Shown: piece after piece, positions 17,892 to 29,400 of the stretch | Position numbering within the stretch: position 1 is the first letter of the stretch | Layout: each line of letters begins with the position of its first letter | IMG/VR virus record: IMGVR_UViG_3300030061_001151 | Span: 1 to 43,630 of that record | Reading direction: 5' to 3' (one strand) | DNA from: a virus | Taxonomy: Duplodnaviria; Caudoviricetes | DNA length: 43,630 nt | The notes under the pieces: model-generated | What the model saw: the letters and a program-made list of their open reading frames with translations, nothing else | Databases searched by the model: none | What the model was told of the DNA's origin: nothing | Made by a program: the position numbers and the translations under genes

Positions 17892-19019
17892 ATGGTTAAT
17901 GCTTATTCGGGTGAAGCCTACAGATTAGTTTTTCCTATTCTGTCTAATGGTTATTTATTGTTAAATTATGATGAAACTGTTACACAAATAGAAGGAACTA
18001 CGGCTACCGTAGGAGGCTCAGGAGATGATACAAATACACCTACCACTGATACAACAACTACTACAAGAGAGAGACAAATATGGGGTCATAAAGATTCATT
18101 TACATTAGAAGCCATTGTTACTCCGTATGATGTTAATGGGCTTGCTAATAGAGCATCAGGACATGGTGTATTAGATTCAACTAAAACTCCTCCATTTCCT
18201 AATGAGTCTTTAAGTAACCGAAGTACTACATATGAAAGCGTTAGTGTATTACATGATAGTAATTATACAACACAAAAGATGATGTTATTCTATAATACTA
18301 ATTTAAAATTCTATTTACAAAATACAACTGAAAGTTCATACAATCAACCTGCGGAATATAAATTGGTTGCAGAAATGACTAGTGGTGGAGTTACTAAAAC
18401 TATATCTTCTGATGTTGTTATTAGTGCTACAAGTACTTTACATAATTACTATGATGCAGATGGATATTACACTGGAAATAGTACTAGTTTTAAGAAACTG
18501 TCTAGTAATGCAACTAATGGTACTGGTGGACAGGCTGCCGCTAGAATAGAAATTCAAACAGGAGAAGCAGATGGATTAGTGGGTAAAGGTACAAAAATAT
18601 ATGATGCTAATTTAAATTTAATTGGAGAAACAAATGATGTAAATAGTAATGTAAGCCGTGATAGAATCACTCTAAAGGCAGATAGATTAACTACGACTAC
18701 GAGTACTGTATATGTTCCTCAACTTAAAGAAGCAATGTATTTAGAACAGACGTATAAGTTTTCATTAGTATATCTAAAACAAGGAGTTGTTGAATTATAT
18801 GTTGATAATGGATTAGTAAAGAGAGAACAATTTAGTATGGAAACTCTACAATTAGATGCAAGTGATTGTCAAATTGGTAGAGGCACATCAAATCAAGAAC
18901 AATTTTATGGGGAACTATTTGAAATAAGTATGCATACAAGTAAAAAACCTTGTCCAACTTACAAGACATTAACCCCTAATTACAATAATATTCTTTTCTA
19001 TTATGCATTTGGGGTCTAA
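17892..19019 (+). CDS. Tail protein with a LamG/concanavalin-like domain
   Basis: SFTLEAIVTP ... VELYVDNG ... CQIG ... FYGELFEISM pattern. Confidence 0.6.
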   Translation: MVNAYSGEAYRLVFPILSNGYLLLNYDETVTQIEGTTATVGGSGDDTNTPTTDTTTTTRERQIWGHKDSFTLEAIVTPYDVNGLANRASGHGVLDSTKTPPFPNESLSNRSTTYESVSVLHDSNYTTQKMMLFYNTNLKFYLQNTTESSYNQPAEYKLVAEMTSGGVTKTISSDVVISATSTLHNYYDADGYYTGNSTSFKKLSSNATNGTGGQAAARIEIQTGEADGLVGKGTKIYDANLNLIGETNDVNSNVSRDRITLKADRLTTTTSTVYVPQLKEAMYLEQTYKFSLVYLKQGVVELYVDNGLVKREQFSMETLQLDASDCQIGRGTSNQEQFYGELFEISMHTSKKPCPTYKTLTPNYNNILFYYAFGV

Positions 19020-19021
19020 AT

Positions 19022-22000
19022 ATGGCAGGTAAAATCACATATCCAGTTAACGCAGGAATATTAGATTCTGCGGTAGTCAGTGATTATGATGATAGACTTA
19101 CTGAGTTTAATAATAATAGAGCCTTTAGTAATGTATCTGTTAATCCTGTATTAAAAACAGTAGATATCAATGAGGAAAATTCTGCTTCTGCTGCCGCCTT
19201 TGTTAATTCTGCTATCTTTACAGAAATAAGAAAGAGTTCTCATACAGGAAGTATTTCTAATGATGCAGTTTCTAGAATAGGTAATAGAATACTACCTGTT
19301 GATAGTAGTCCTAGTAGTAGTGACTTAGCAGTATATGCTACTAATAAAGAAGAGACTCATGGATTTAAAGTTAAATTGTATGATAGTTCTATTAGTTCAT
19401 CTACAACAAATAGACAATTTAAATTTTCTACAACTGATTATCCTAGTTCTGATTTTGTTGGAATAGATATAGATAATTATGATTACTTTATTTTAATTAA
19501 TCCTGATATTGTAAGTGTAGGAACAGATAGTGTTAGACCGCACTTTGCAAAGATTACAGGTATTGTAGGTTTTGATGTATTTGGAGATGGATTAGAGTTT
19601 AGCCCTAGTTATCCTACAGGTGTTCCTAATGATGCTAAAGTTGAGATATTCAAAGGGCCAGCAAAAACAGATACAGATGTTGTAGCAGTAAGTTATGGAT
19701 TAAGAGGTGATGCTAATGCTAGTACACCTAAATATGATGTATTCAATATAGCAAGTAGACCTACTTTCTATTTTTACAATGATAGATTAGATGAAGATGA
19801 CCAATTAGATTATACAACAAAATATACTGTAACTGTATTACGTTGGTGGAATTATGGAACAACTATTACAGGAACGACAGTGTATGCTCATTCTCAATTT
19901 GACGAAGGTTTAGAAAATCAATCACAAAAATCTATGATAGTTTCCTCTAGTGATTATGATAAATTAACAGAAGGTATGTCTTTATTCGATACTAATGGAG
20001 TTTATTTAGGTAACATAGAAGGTTTGTTTATTAGTGACCCAACGGGTTCTGCTACCTATCGTTTGTATTTGGATTATGCTAGAGTTGCTATATCTGCTGC
20101 TTCTAATGTTACATTAAAAATAGGTAAAACAATTCAAAATATTGTATTTAGAACAGAGTCTAAGTTTGGAGATACTATTCAGAATATAGGTAAACATAGG
20201 TTAGATGCAGTGCTTGTAGATGCAAATAGAGATTTAGATGATGCAGGTAAACAATATAATTTTGCAGTGGAAGATACAGGTGTTTTAGTAAATGGTGCGT
20301 TAAATGCAGATGCAGGAGTAAATATTACTGTAGATACTGTAGATGCAACTACTAAATTTGCAATAGGTGATACAGTATATGATGATGCTGATGCAGTTGT
20401 AGGAGTTATTAGTGCTATTACTTCTACACAAATAACATTACTAGCAAACAATGTAGTGGCATTAGCAAACAATGAAAATCTCAAAAGACATGTTCCTGAT
20501 TTTAATCCTATTAGATGGCATAAAGCATTTCCTAGAATGCATAGACAGGCTGCTAATCTTCTAGTTGTAAGTAGTGCCGTAGATGGTGGAATGACAGGTG
20601 CAAGTAAATATTTAACATTTGAAAAATCTGAATTAAAAAATGATAAGATACCATTAGTACAGGGTTCTAATTTAAACAATCCTAAGAATAAGATGACAAA
20701 GATAGCACAAGTAACTTATTTAGATAATAGCGGTATTGGACATAAGAAAATCAAAGAAGATGAAATACTCAAAATGCGTAAGACTACTTTTATTGATAAC
20801 TTGGAGTTCAAACCAATACAAGGAAGAACTACTATAGTTAGCAACGTATTTAGAATAATGGATTTAGATAGTAATTATGATTTGAAAAGTATTCTCGCAG
20901 CAAATTCTATTGTTAAGATTAAAGGATATTATTACGTTGTTGATGCTGTCGCTACGAAAGTCAGAGACTCAGCAGGAGATTATCAACAATTTACTATAAA
21001 GGCTAAAAGAGAAGAAACCGCTAATACATGGACAGTTAGTTCTACACCTGAAGCAGCAGCAGGTAATAATCACCCAATTTTAGTTGCAGGGTATACACAT
21101 GTTCTAAATGTAAAATTTGAGGCTGATACAGAATATGACATTAATCAAACTAGATTAACACTGAATGGTAGAACTATAGATAAAGAAGATGCTAAATTAT
21201 ATAATGCAAGATGTACATTTAAAACATTCAATGCTCATGAAAACAAAATTGATTATATCGACAAGGTGCATAAAGTAATAAAGTTACAAAATGAAGATAC
21301 TAAGTTTTACCAAAGTACAGGTAGAAGATTAAATTATTATAATGGAGGATATGCCATACATGAAGAAGTATTTAGTGGTGTAATAGAAGATATACAAACT
21401 ATGACTGAGAATGGTGTAAATGCTATTACAGTTACAGGTAGAGATGATGTATCTAAGTTCTTATCTAAAACGATTAACAGAAATTTAGTTTCTAGTGATG
21501 ACTTAGTAATGAGTACTATGTCACCTTATACAGGAACAGTTGAGGCGTTTAAGAACGGAAGCGGTACAAGTCTAACTGGTAATAGTAGTAATATGTTGGT
21601 AGGTAAAGTTGTAAAATTAAATGCTACAGGTGGAGTTGTTAATAAATATGAAATTATAGTAAATCAAGCCGGAGAACTATTAGGAGAAGTTGTTAGTATT
21701 GATGGAACAGATATTACTTTGGCTCATACTATTTGTGAAACACCCACTACATCAACTACTGCAATAAAACATTATGACCCCTTTGTAGATAATACTCGTT
21801 TAATATCATTCAAATCATTACAGTCTAATTCTGCTCATACTGATACAATTAATGATTTTGCCTCTTTTAGTGAGAAAGGATTAATATTCGATAAGGCAAT
21901 TAAATTAGATGGGAGAGTTCCTAGTCACACTATTGTGGATGTACAAGGTTCTTCTAATACAGGAGACAACTTCGATGACAAGACATTAGGCTATGATGTT

Positions 22001-25000
22001 AGTTCGATAAGAAGTGCTTCAACTAATGATGCTGCTCATGCCTTTTTTATTGGAAACGAAGATGGTATAGTTAATGAAATAACAAACTATAATTCTTTAA
22101 ATTCAGAATCTTTTGCCGTAGTGGAAGTAGATGAAAAGAGTGAATCTGAAACAGTAATATCTATTGCTCCTAAAATGCCTATTGTATTAGGAAGAATAGA
22201 TACAAATACATCTGACACTAGAGGTAATACTCATATCTATATGGTAAATAATAATATTAATACGGGAGGATATATACATCGCTTACCTGATACCTTTGAC
22301 GGAATATATCATCCAAAAGAAACAATTAGATATTGGGATTTACAGACTTTTGAAGCAGGTACTTTAACAAGGACATCTGATACCATTTATAGTGAAGGAA
22401 TCAAACCACAAAAAATACAAGGTTATGCAGTAGGATATGGTACAACAGTTACAGGTACGGTTACTGACCCTGCTATAACAGCAGATAACAAACCTATACT
22501 CGGTAGTAATACTATTAAGAATTATACACAAAGAACAGCCTTCTATGGAAATCATGACCTAATAGAATCATATCAATATAACCAGTCACATGGTAGTAGT
22601 GGTAATACAGTAAAAGAGTATGATATTATGTATGATGTGTTTGAACAAATAGACCCTAGAACTATTCCATATGAACTAATGGCCGTAGGTGATATATACC
22701 CATTGTCTAAATTAAGATGGAATAATTTAGGGTTTCACACACTTAGTTATGACCAATTTGCTATTTTATTAGAATCTACTCCATCTGTTACAAGTTCAAC
22801 AAATCATCAATTATATGATGGTACAACTAAACAAACTGTAAAAACAGAAAATATGTTTGAAACAGGACAAATACAAAGTGCAACACAGACTACAAATCAA
22901 CTTAGAAGATGGGGTGTTATTAAATTAGTAGAAGCAACTTTTGATTGGCACTTTAATCCTATAGATTTTGAGTCTTTGAAACCCTCTGAACAAATACCAA
23001 CAATTCCTTATTTTGATTATGTAATGTTTGATACTCCAACCGCAGATACAGGTACAATACAAATAGGGGAAAACGGTGAAATTGATAGTGAATCTTTGAC
23101 TGAAAGTGAAGGGGATGTGTTTTATGATGAACAGGTTATAGGGGCTTATCCATCTACAGGAGACAATGTGGCTAGTGGATATGCCGTTGTTTCTAACGCT
23201 AGTGGAATAGTCGTTCCTACTGAATCAAATGGATTAATTGTAAAGCATGATGGTAGTGTGTTTAGACCTAATGCTGCATTTGATGATGATGGGTTTACAA
23301 CTCTATATGGAAATACATCGGGTAAAGATATGTTACGATTTGATGGTAATTCTGCGGTAGAAGGAGTAGAAAGATTCAGAATACATAGAACAATTGATTA
23401 TATGATTGATAATTTAGATACTACTACTGATGCTAATTTTTTGACAGACCGAAGAGATGCATTAAAAAATATAAGATGGACAGATGTTTTCTTTACTAGA
23501 AGAGGTAGTAAAGCAAATGCTAATTTTAAATTTGGTAGATTATCTGATGGTGGTGATGAATATGAAGCACCAAATGTTATATTACCAATAATTGCAGAAG
23601 AGAAAGTAAACACTGGAAATAATGAAGACCGAATATTTAGTCCATTTATTCATGGAACTAATTGGGGTTCAGGAACAAGACATTTCCTTCATATGTCAAG
23701 AGTAATTGCAGCATTAGTTGAAAGGTACAAAAGTAGTAATACATATTTTAGTATATTAGATAAGTATGGTATGGGGTTAACTGATACTAATTCTGCTACC
23801 TTTGCTCATCCATATCAAAATTGTATTGGTGTATTCAAGGATATTAGACAGGCTGAGTCTGATAGTACAGTGCGACTAGATACATTATCTATTTCTTCTG
23901 CTCCGCTAGACTTAGATACTGATTCTAATTATGCGGATTATATAGATGGGGTAGGTAATACATTAGACCAACATACACGTACTTCTTTTATACAATCTTA
24001 TCCCAGTAGTACAACCCTTTCTATGATTGGCACAAGAACTGATGGAGATTTTCTTGGAGACAAGAAGGCTATTGCCAGTGGACTTAATGCAACTCATGCA
24101 GCATGTAATTCAGGAGATGGAATTGTTTGTTCTGCTCAAATGTTAGTTAAACCTGTTTTTAATTTAACACATGGTAGTGGTGGGGTTACTGTATCTAATG
24201 CTCAACTAACCTTTGTACTGAATGCAGATACAGGACATGCTTGGTTAAGTTTTATGCCTAACTTAACAGGTTATTATATTGTATCTGAGTCTCTTACTGA
24301 TGTTTCATTATCTGCTAGTGCAGTAGCAGGAAGTCTAAGAAAAGACCCTGATAGTGCTTATCCTGCTGACATTCACAAAATAATAAGCCACACTGTTTCT
24401 ACACTACCTACTACATCCAATATTGAAACTCATACTATTACGGTAGATGCTAATTTAACAATAGACAGCAATAATAAAAAATATAGATTAATGAGAATTT
24501 CAGAAACCACCTTTGATGGTCACGAAGATAAAATAGAGTTCAATGTAATGAAGCCACAAGAAGTAGCATTTAATTGGAAAAGAGGAGGACAAGATGATGA
24601 TAATCTACAATACCAAGAATCTGTATATGAAATGCATTTACTGTTAGACATAGACAATGCCTCAACATTTATTGAAAGAAGAACTAATACTGCTATAGAT
24701 GACCATTTTACTGATGGTGAAACGATAGAAACATATATCACTGATGGAAATAATTCACAAAGAAAAACATTAACAATCGCTACTACTAGAAAGAAAGGTA
24801 GTTCTGATTCTAAAACAACCGCAGGATTAGTAATGTCATTTAGTGGTTCTCTTACAGGTAATGGTGTTGTATCTTTTGGAGAGATATTTGATGTAAAACT
24901 AGGACAAAGACCCAAAATAAAAAATATAAAACATTGTCATATAGGTAGTTCGTATAGGATTGGAAGTAATGTAGAAAAAGAAGTAGAAAATATTGTGAAA

Positions 25001-26101
25001 GATGCAGGATTAATATATGATAATTCTAAGAGTTTTTCAGAATTTACAGGGAATGTTGTTAACAGTGTAAATAGTTTAACTATTACATGTCTTGAAACTG
25101 TTACAAATATAACTGCCGGAGATATATTATATTCAAAGGATGGACATTTAATAGGTAAGGTAGCCTCTACGAGTGGTGCTACTGTTGTTATTGACACACA
25201 GTTATATTATACACCAACACAATATGATGAATTAATTAGAATAAATAAAAGAACATTTATTTCATCTTTAAACTTAGAAGATATAGATGTATTTACTGCT
25301 CTTAATACATTGGTAAACAAGAAAGGACTAGATTATACATTAAAAGATAAGAAAATTATAACAAGAAATCTAGATGATATTAGTAGTTTAAGAAAGTATT
25401 CAGTTGGGTATCTAGAGGCTAATAGATTAATTAGTGTAGAAAGTAATACTTCTCTGTTTGATAAAGCAAACAAGGTTATAGTTGTTGGTGATAAAATAAG
25501 AACAGAAATAACTAGCCCTGTAAAAGGAACTGATAAGGTAATTAGAATAGTAGATTCTTCTATTAAAGATATAACTGAAGCAAATCAAATTGCACAAGAA
25601 ACATTGAATGTACATAATGGTGAAAGTAGAAAGATTACTTTAACATTAGATAAAAAAGGATTAGAGTTATTAGAAGCAGGTGATATACTAACTTTGAATT
25701 TCCCACAACATAATATTCCTAAAGCAGATTATCAAGTGTTTGAAATTGAAAATGTATTAGCAGGTGTAATGAAAATAACAGTTGGAACGTTTGATAAAAC
25801 AATTGCAGAAAGACTTAGTGAGATATCATTAGAACAAAAGAAATCAAATATCAGTTTAATGAAAAAAGATGCACTAATTGTTAGTGCAGGTTTAGCATTA
25901 TTTGATTCTATTAATATCAATTTCATTGACGTAAGTTATGAAATTACTAGTACAGTTGTAGAAAATCCAAACTTAGGATTTGATGATGTAGTTGGGTTTA
26001 CTGAGACCGTAAACTTTGATACACAGACTACCCTCAAGTCGAGTTATGATGATGGTGTGATTGAGAGAGCAGAAAAATATACGGACATGATGGAGGATTA
26101 A
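19022..26101 (+). CDS. Very large tail tip/baseplate hub protein
   Basis: 2359 aa. Tal-like segments (VFSGVIEDI..ITVTGRD; NKVIVVGD; LLEAGDILTL) separated by large beta-rich insertions. Confidence 0.7.
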   Translation: MAGKITYPVNAGILDSAVVSDYDDRLTEFNNNRAFSNVSVNPVLKTVDINEENSASAAAFVNSAIFTEIRKSSHTGSISNDAVSRIGNRILPVDSSPSSSDLAVYATNKEETHGFKVKLYDSSISSSTTNRQFKFSTTDYPSSDFVGIDIDNYDYFILINPDIVSVGTDSVRPHFAKITGIVGFDVFGDGLEFSPSYPTGVPNDAKVEIFKGPAKTDTDVVAVSYGLRGDANASTPKYDVFNIASRPTFYFYNDRLDEDDQLDYTTKYTVTVLRWWNYGTTITGTTVYAHSQFDEGLENQSQKSMIVSSSDYDKLTEGMSLFDTNGVYLGNIEGLFISDPTGSATYRLYLDYARVAISAASNVTLKIGKTIQNIVFRTESKFGDTIQNIGKHRLDAVLVDANRDLDDAGKQYNFAVEDTGVLVNGALNADAGVNITVDTVDATTKFAIGDTVYDDADAVVGVISAITSTQITLLANNVVALANNENLKRHVPDFNPIRWHKAFPRMHRQAANLLVVSSAVDGGMTGASKYLTFEKSELKNDKIPLVQGSNLNNPKNKMTKIAQVTYLDNSGIGHKKIKEDEILKMRKTTFIDNLEFKPIQGRTTIVSNVFRIMDLDSNYDLKSILAANSIVKIKGYYYVVDAVATKVRDSAGDYQQFTIKAKREETANTWTVSSTPEAAAGNNHPILVAGYTHVLNVKFEADTEYDINQTRLTLNGRTIDKEDAKLYNARCTFKTFNAHENKIDYIDKVHKVIKLQNEDTKFYQSTGRRLNYYNGGYAIHEEVFSGVIEDIQTMTENGVNAITVTGRDDVSKFLSKTINRNLVSSDDLVMSTMSPYTGTVEAFKNGSGTSLTGNSSNMLVGKVVKLNATGGVVNKYEIIVNQAGELLGEVVSIDGTDITLAHTICETPTTSTTAIKHYDPFVDNTRLISFKSLQSNSAHTDTINDFASFSEKGLIFDKAIKLDGRVPSHTIVDVQGSSNTGDNFDDKTLGYDVSSIRSASTNDAAHAFFIGNEDGIVNEITNYNSLNSESFAVVEVDEKSESETVISIAPKMPIVLGRIDTNTSDTRGNTHIYMVNNNINTGGYIHRLPDTFDGIYHPKETIRYWDLQTFEAGTLTRTSDTIYSEGIKPQKIQGYAVGYGTTVTGTVTDPAITADNKPILGSNTIKNYTQRTAFYGNHDLIESYQYNQSHGSSGNTVKEYDIMYDVFEQIDPRTIPYELMAVGDIYPLSKLRWNNLGFHTLSYDQFAILLESTPSVTSSTNHQLYDGTTKQTVKTENMFETGQIQSATQTTNQLRRWGVIKLVEATFDWHFNPIDFESLKPSEQIPTIPYFDYVMFDTPTADTGTIQIGENGEIDSESLTESEGDVFYDEQVIGAYPSTGDNVASGYAVVSNASGIVVPTESNGLIVKHDGSVFRPNAAFDDDGFTTLYGNTSGKDMLRFDGNSAVEGVERFRIHRTIDYMIDNLDTTTDANFLTDRRDALKNIRWTDVFFTRRGSKANANFKFGRLSDGGDEYEAPNVILPIIAEEKVNTGNNEDRIFSPFIHGTNWGSGTRHFLHMSRVIAALVERYKSSNTYFSILDKYGMGLTDTNSATFAHPYQNCIGVFKDIRQAESDSTVRLDTLSISSAPLDLDTDSNYADYIDGVGNTLDQHTRTSFIQSYPSSTTLSMIGTRTDGDFLGDKKAIASGLNATHAACNSGDGIVCSAQMLVKPVFNLTHGSGGVTVSNAQLTFVLNADTGHAWLSFMPNLTGYYIVSESLTDVSLSASAVAGSLRKDPDSAYPADIHKIISHTVSTLPTTSNIETHTITVDANLTIDSNNKKYRLMRISETTFDGHEDKIEFNVMKPQEVAFNWKRGGQDDDNLQYQESVYEMHLLLDIDNASTFIERRTNTAIDDHFTDGETIETYITDGNNSQRKTLTIATTRKKGSSDSKTTAGLVMSFSGSLTGNGVVSFGEIFDVKLGQRPKIKNIKHCHIGSSYRIGSNVEKEVENIVKDAGLIYDNSKSFSEFTGNVVNSVNSLTITCLETVTNITAGDILYSKDGHLIGKVASTSGATVVIDTQLYYTPTQYDELIRINKRTFISSLNLEDIDVFTALNTLVNKKGLDYTLKDKKIITRNLDDISSLRKYSVGYLEANRLISVESNTSLFDKANKVIVVGDKIRTEITSPVKGTDKVIRIVDSSIKDITEANQIAQETLNVHNGESRKITLTLDKKGLELLEAGDILTLNFPQHNIPKADYQVFEIENVLAGVMKITVGTFDKTIAERLSEISLEQKKSNISLMKKDALIVSAGLALFDSININFIDVSYEITSTVVENPNLGFDDVVGFTETVNFDTQTTLKSSYDDGVIERAEKYTDMMED

Positions 26102-26103
26102 AA

Positions 26104-26463
26104 ATGATAGTAAATGCAGGAAAGGATGAGATAGCAGTAAGTTATGTTGCGGTAAATTATAGAACAATAAAAGTAGGAACAGGTGGAGATGATACTGCTG
26201 CATCTCAAACAAAATTAGACTCTATTATCACACAAACTAATGGTAGTGAATTAACTAAGACTGTTATACCATCAGTAATAGGTTCACAGTTAACATGGAC
26301 AGTAAGTTTTACAGGAACAGAATTAGGAACACAAGGAGTTGCAGAACTAGGTATATTCCATTCTACATCGGATAAACTCTTGAGCCGAGTTACATTCGCT
26401 AACACCGGAGTCGTACCGTCTACAGATACGGTTACGTTTCAAATAACATTGGAGGTGAACTAA
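26104..26463 (+). CDS. Small baseplate/tail-fibre attachment protein
   Basis: IKVGTG..AASQTKL and VAELGIF..LLSRVTF resemble tail-fibre N-terminal attachment domains. Confidence 0.55.
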   Translation: MIVNAGKDEIAVSYVAVNYRTIKVGTGGDDTAASQTKLDSIITQTNGSELTKTVIPSVIGSQLTWTVSFTGTELGTQGVAELGIFHSTSDKLLSRVTFANTGVVPSTDTVTFQITLEVN

Positions 26464-26464
26464 A

Positions 26465-29400
26465 ATGGTACAAAATAACCCTGATTTTCTAAGTACTATG
26501 AGTACAAATCCTAATGTTAGATTAGCCGATGGAGCAGATAATATTCACAGTTTAATATTTGCTCAAATGAATATTGCTACTTCTGATAATAGAGTTATAG
26601 ATGGATTTAATATTACTCAAAATACAAGTGGTACATATACTACTTATGCAGTTAGTTTGGGTTCAATATTTAGAGATGGTTTATTAGTTTCTATCGCTGC
26701 TACAACTTCTAATTTAACTGTTGAAATTGCTCAAAAAACTTTTGATTGGTATGGTGTATTAGTAATTAATAGTTCAAATGCATTTGCTATTAGAACAGGA
26801 GCATCTAGTGGTTCTTCTGCAAAAGTTTCTACATTATCTGCCGGAGATATACCGATAGCAGTTATTAAATTCGCTGCAAATCAATTAGGAGTAGAGAATC
26901 AAATACAATATTTGGCTTATGGACAAACTGTTAGAGAACTTTCTATTGTAAATGAAGCAGGTGGTGTTCCCTCAGAAACACTAAGAATAAATAAAACAGG
27001 TACAATATCTAAAATTTCATCAGGAAGTGTTGCAGGAACACTAACATTACCTGATGCTACAGGAACTATTGCTCTAACAAGTCAAGCATATACTCATCCT
27101 AACCATAGTGGTGATGTAACTTCTAATGCAGATGGTGCTACAACTATTGCTAATGATGCCGTTACTTATGCTAAAATGCAGAATGTATCTGCTACTAATA
27201 GAATATTAGGAAGAGATTCTTCGGGAGCAGGAGATGTAGAAGAAATTACACCTGCTAATTTGCGTACCATGATTAATGTTGAAGATGGAGCAACTGCTGA
27301 CCAAACAGATGCACAAATAGAAACTGCATATAATAATCAAGTTGCAGCAGTTAGTTCACAAGAAAGAACAGATGGAACTGTAACTGCCATTAGAAGATTT
27401 ACTCCTGCTGATATTCATAGTATGATTGATACACATGCTTCAGATACTAATACAGATGTAGATGTTTCAATTGCTAATCTAAAAACTAAATTAAACAGTG
27501 ATTTTGGTGGAGACTTTACAATAGGTAGTCAGAATGATGATACTGCAACGATTAGTGGTCATCTAACTGTTGGTGGTAATTTAACAATTCAAGGTAGTAC
27601 AACTACTATTAATACTGAAACAGTTTCTCTACAAGATAATATTATTTTATTGAATAGTAATTCTGCTAATACTCCTAGTGAAAATGCAGGATTAGAAGTA
27701 GAACGTGGTAATTCTAACAATGTAAAATTAAGATGGAACGAATCTACAGATAGGTGGCAATTTACAAATGATGGTTCTACTTACTTTAATTTACCAACTA
27801 CCGCAGAATTAGCAAACCCATATACTCACCCTGATAGTGATGTTGCTAATTTAGATACAAGCGGAGCAGAAGTATTAGATACATTAGTGACTAATGCTAC
27901 TGGTCATATTACTGCTATGACAAAGAGAACATTAACTAAGGGAGATTTAGGATTAGGTAATGTCGAAAATACTGCTATCTCTAGTTTTACAGGTACAAGT
28001 AATATTGCAACTGTAGGAACTATAGGAACAGGAACATGGCAAGGCACTGCAATTGCAACCGCTTACATAGCAGATGATGCAATTACTCAGGCTAAATTAG
28101 CAGATGATGCAGTAGGTGCTGACCAATTAGCATCTAATGCAGTAGTTAATGCCAGTATTGCTTCTAATGCTGCCATTGCACAAAGTAAAATAGATGGCCT
28201 ATCTACTTCTTTATCCGGTAAAGAACCTAGTCTTACAATTGGTCTTGGGTTAAATAGAAACAGTGCAACTCTATCTCTAGATATAAATTCTTTAACAAAT
28301 GAAAATGCTATTCATAGAACTAATGATACTTTAGCCTTTTATGATGCTGATGGTAATACAACTAAATTAAGAAAGGTAACACTAGAAAATATACTAAATA
28401 AACTAACTTCTGCTGATATTCCTGCTGATGCTATTACAGGAGCAAAAATCGCTGACGATGCAGTTGCAGCAGAACATATAGCAAGTAATGCTATTGTAAA
28501 TGCTTCTGTAGCAAGTGATGCAGCAATCACTGCTGATAAATTAGCAGATGAAAGTGGTACTAATTCTTCTACAAAAAAGATATTTACATATGGTGAACAA
28601 CAAAAACTTGCAGGTATTGCTGCAAATGCAAACAATTTCTCTTTAACAAGTAGTTCAGTTACCAATGCTCATCTAGCAGGAAGTATTGCAAATTCTAAAT
28701 TATCTAACTCTTCTGTTACAGTTAACAGTAATGCAGTAGCATTAGGAGGAAGTATTACATTAGATACAGATGATATTGGTGAAGGTAATAATAAATACTA
28801 TACTGATGAAAGAGTAGATGACAGAGTTAATGCTTTAATTACGGCAGGAGAAGGAATAGATACTTCATATGATGATAGTTCTAATGCTTTGACCATATCA
28901 ACTGAAGATGCCACAAGTTCCAATAAGGGAGTTGCTTCTTTTGCTAGTACTGATTTTGATGTTAGTAGTGGTGCAGTTTCTATTAAAGCAGCAGGTGTAA
29001 GTAATTCACAATTGGCAGGTAGTATAGCACAAAGTAAAGTAACTAATTTGGTGTCTAATTTAGCAGCCAAAGCACCAATAGCAGACCCTACCTTCACTGG
29101 TGAAATAGGAATAGGTGACGTAAATGTAAGTGAAACAGAATTAGGTATCCTAGAAGGGGCTACTCTTACAACAACAGAATTAAATTATGTAGATGGGGTT
29201 ACATCTTCTATACAAACTCAATTAAATTCTAAGTTATCTTCATTATCTGTATCAGGATTAAGTGATGTTTCTTCCGGTCTAATTCAGAGTATAACTAATG
29301 GTTCAACATCAGATACAATACCGAGTGCAGCCGCCGTGTATAGCCTAGTACAAGGTGCTTCAAATATAACTAGGTTATATGAGGTTGATTTTGCTGATGT

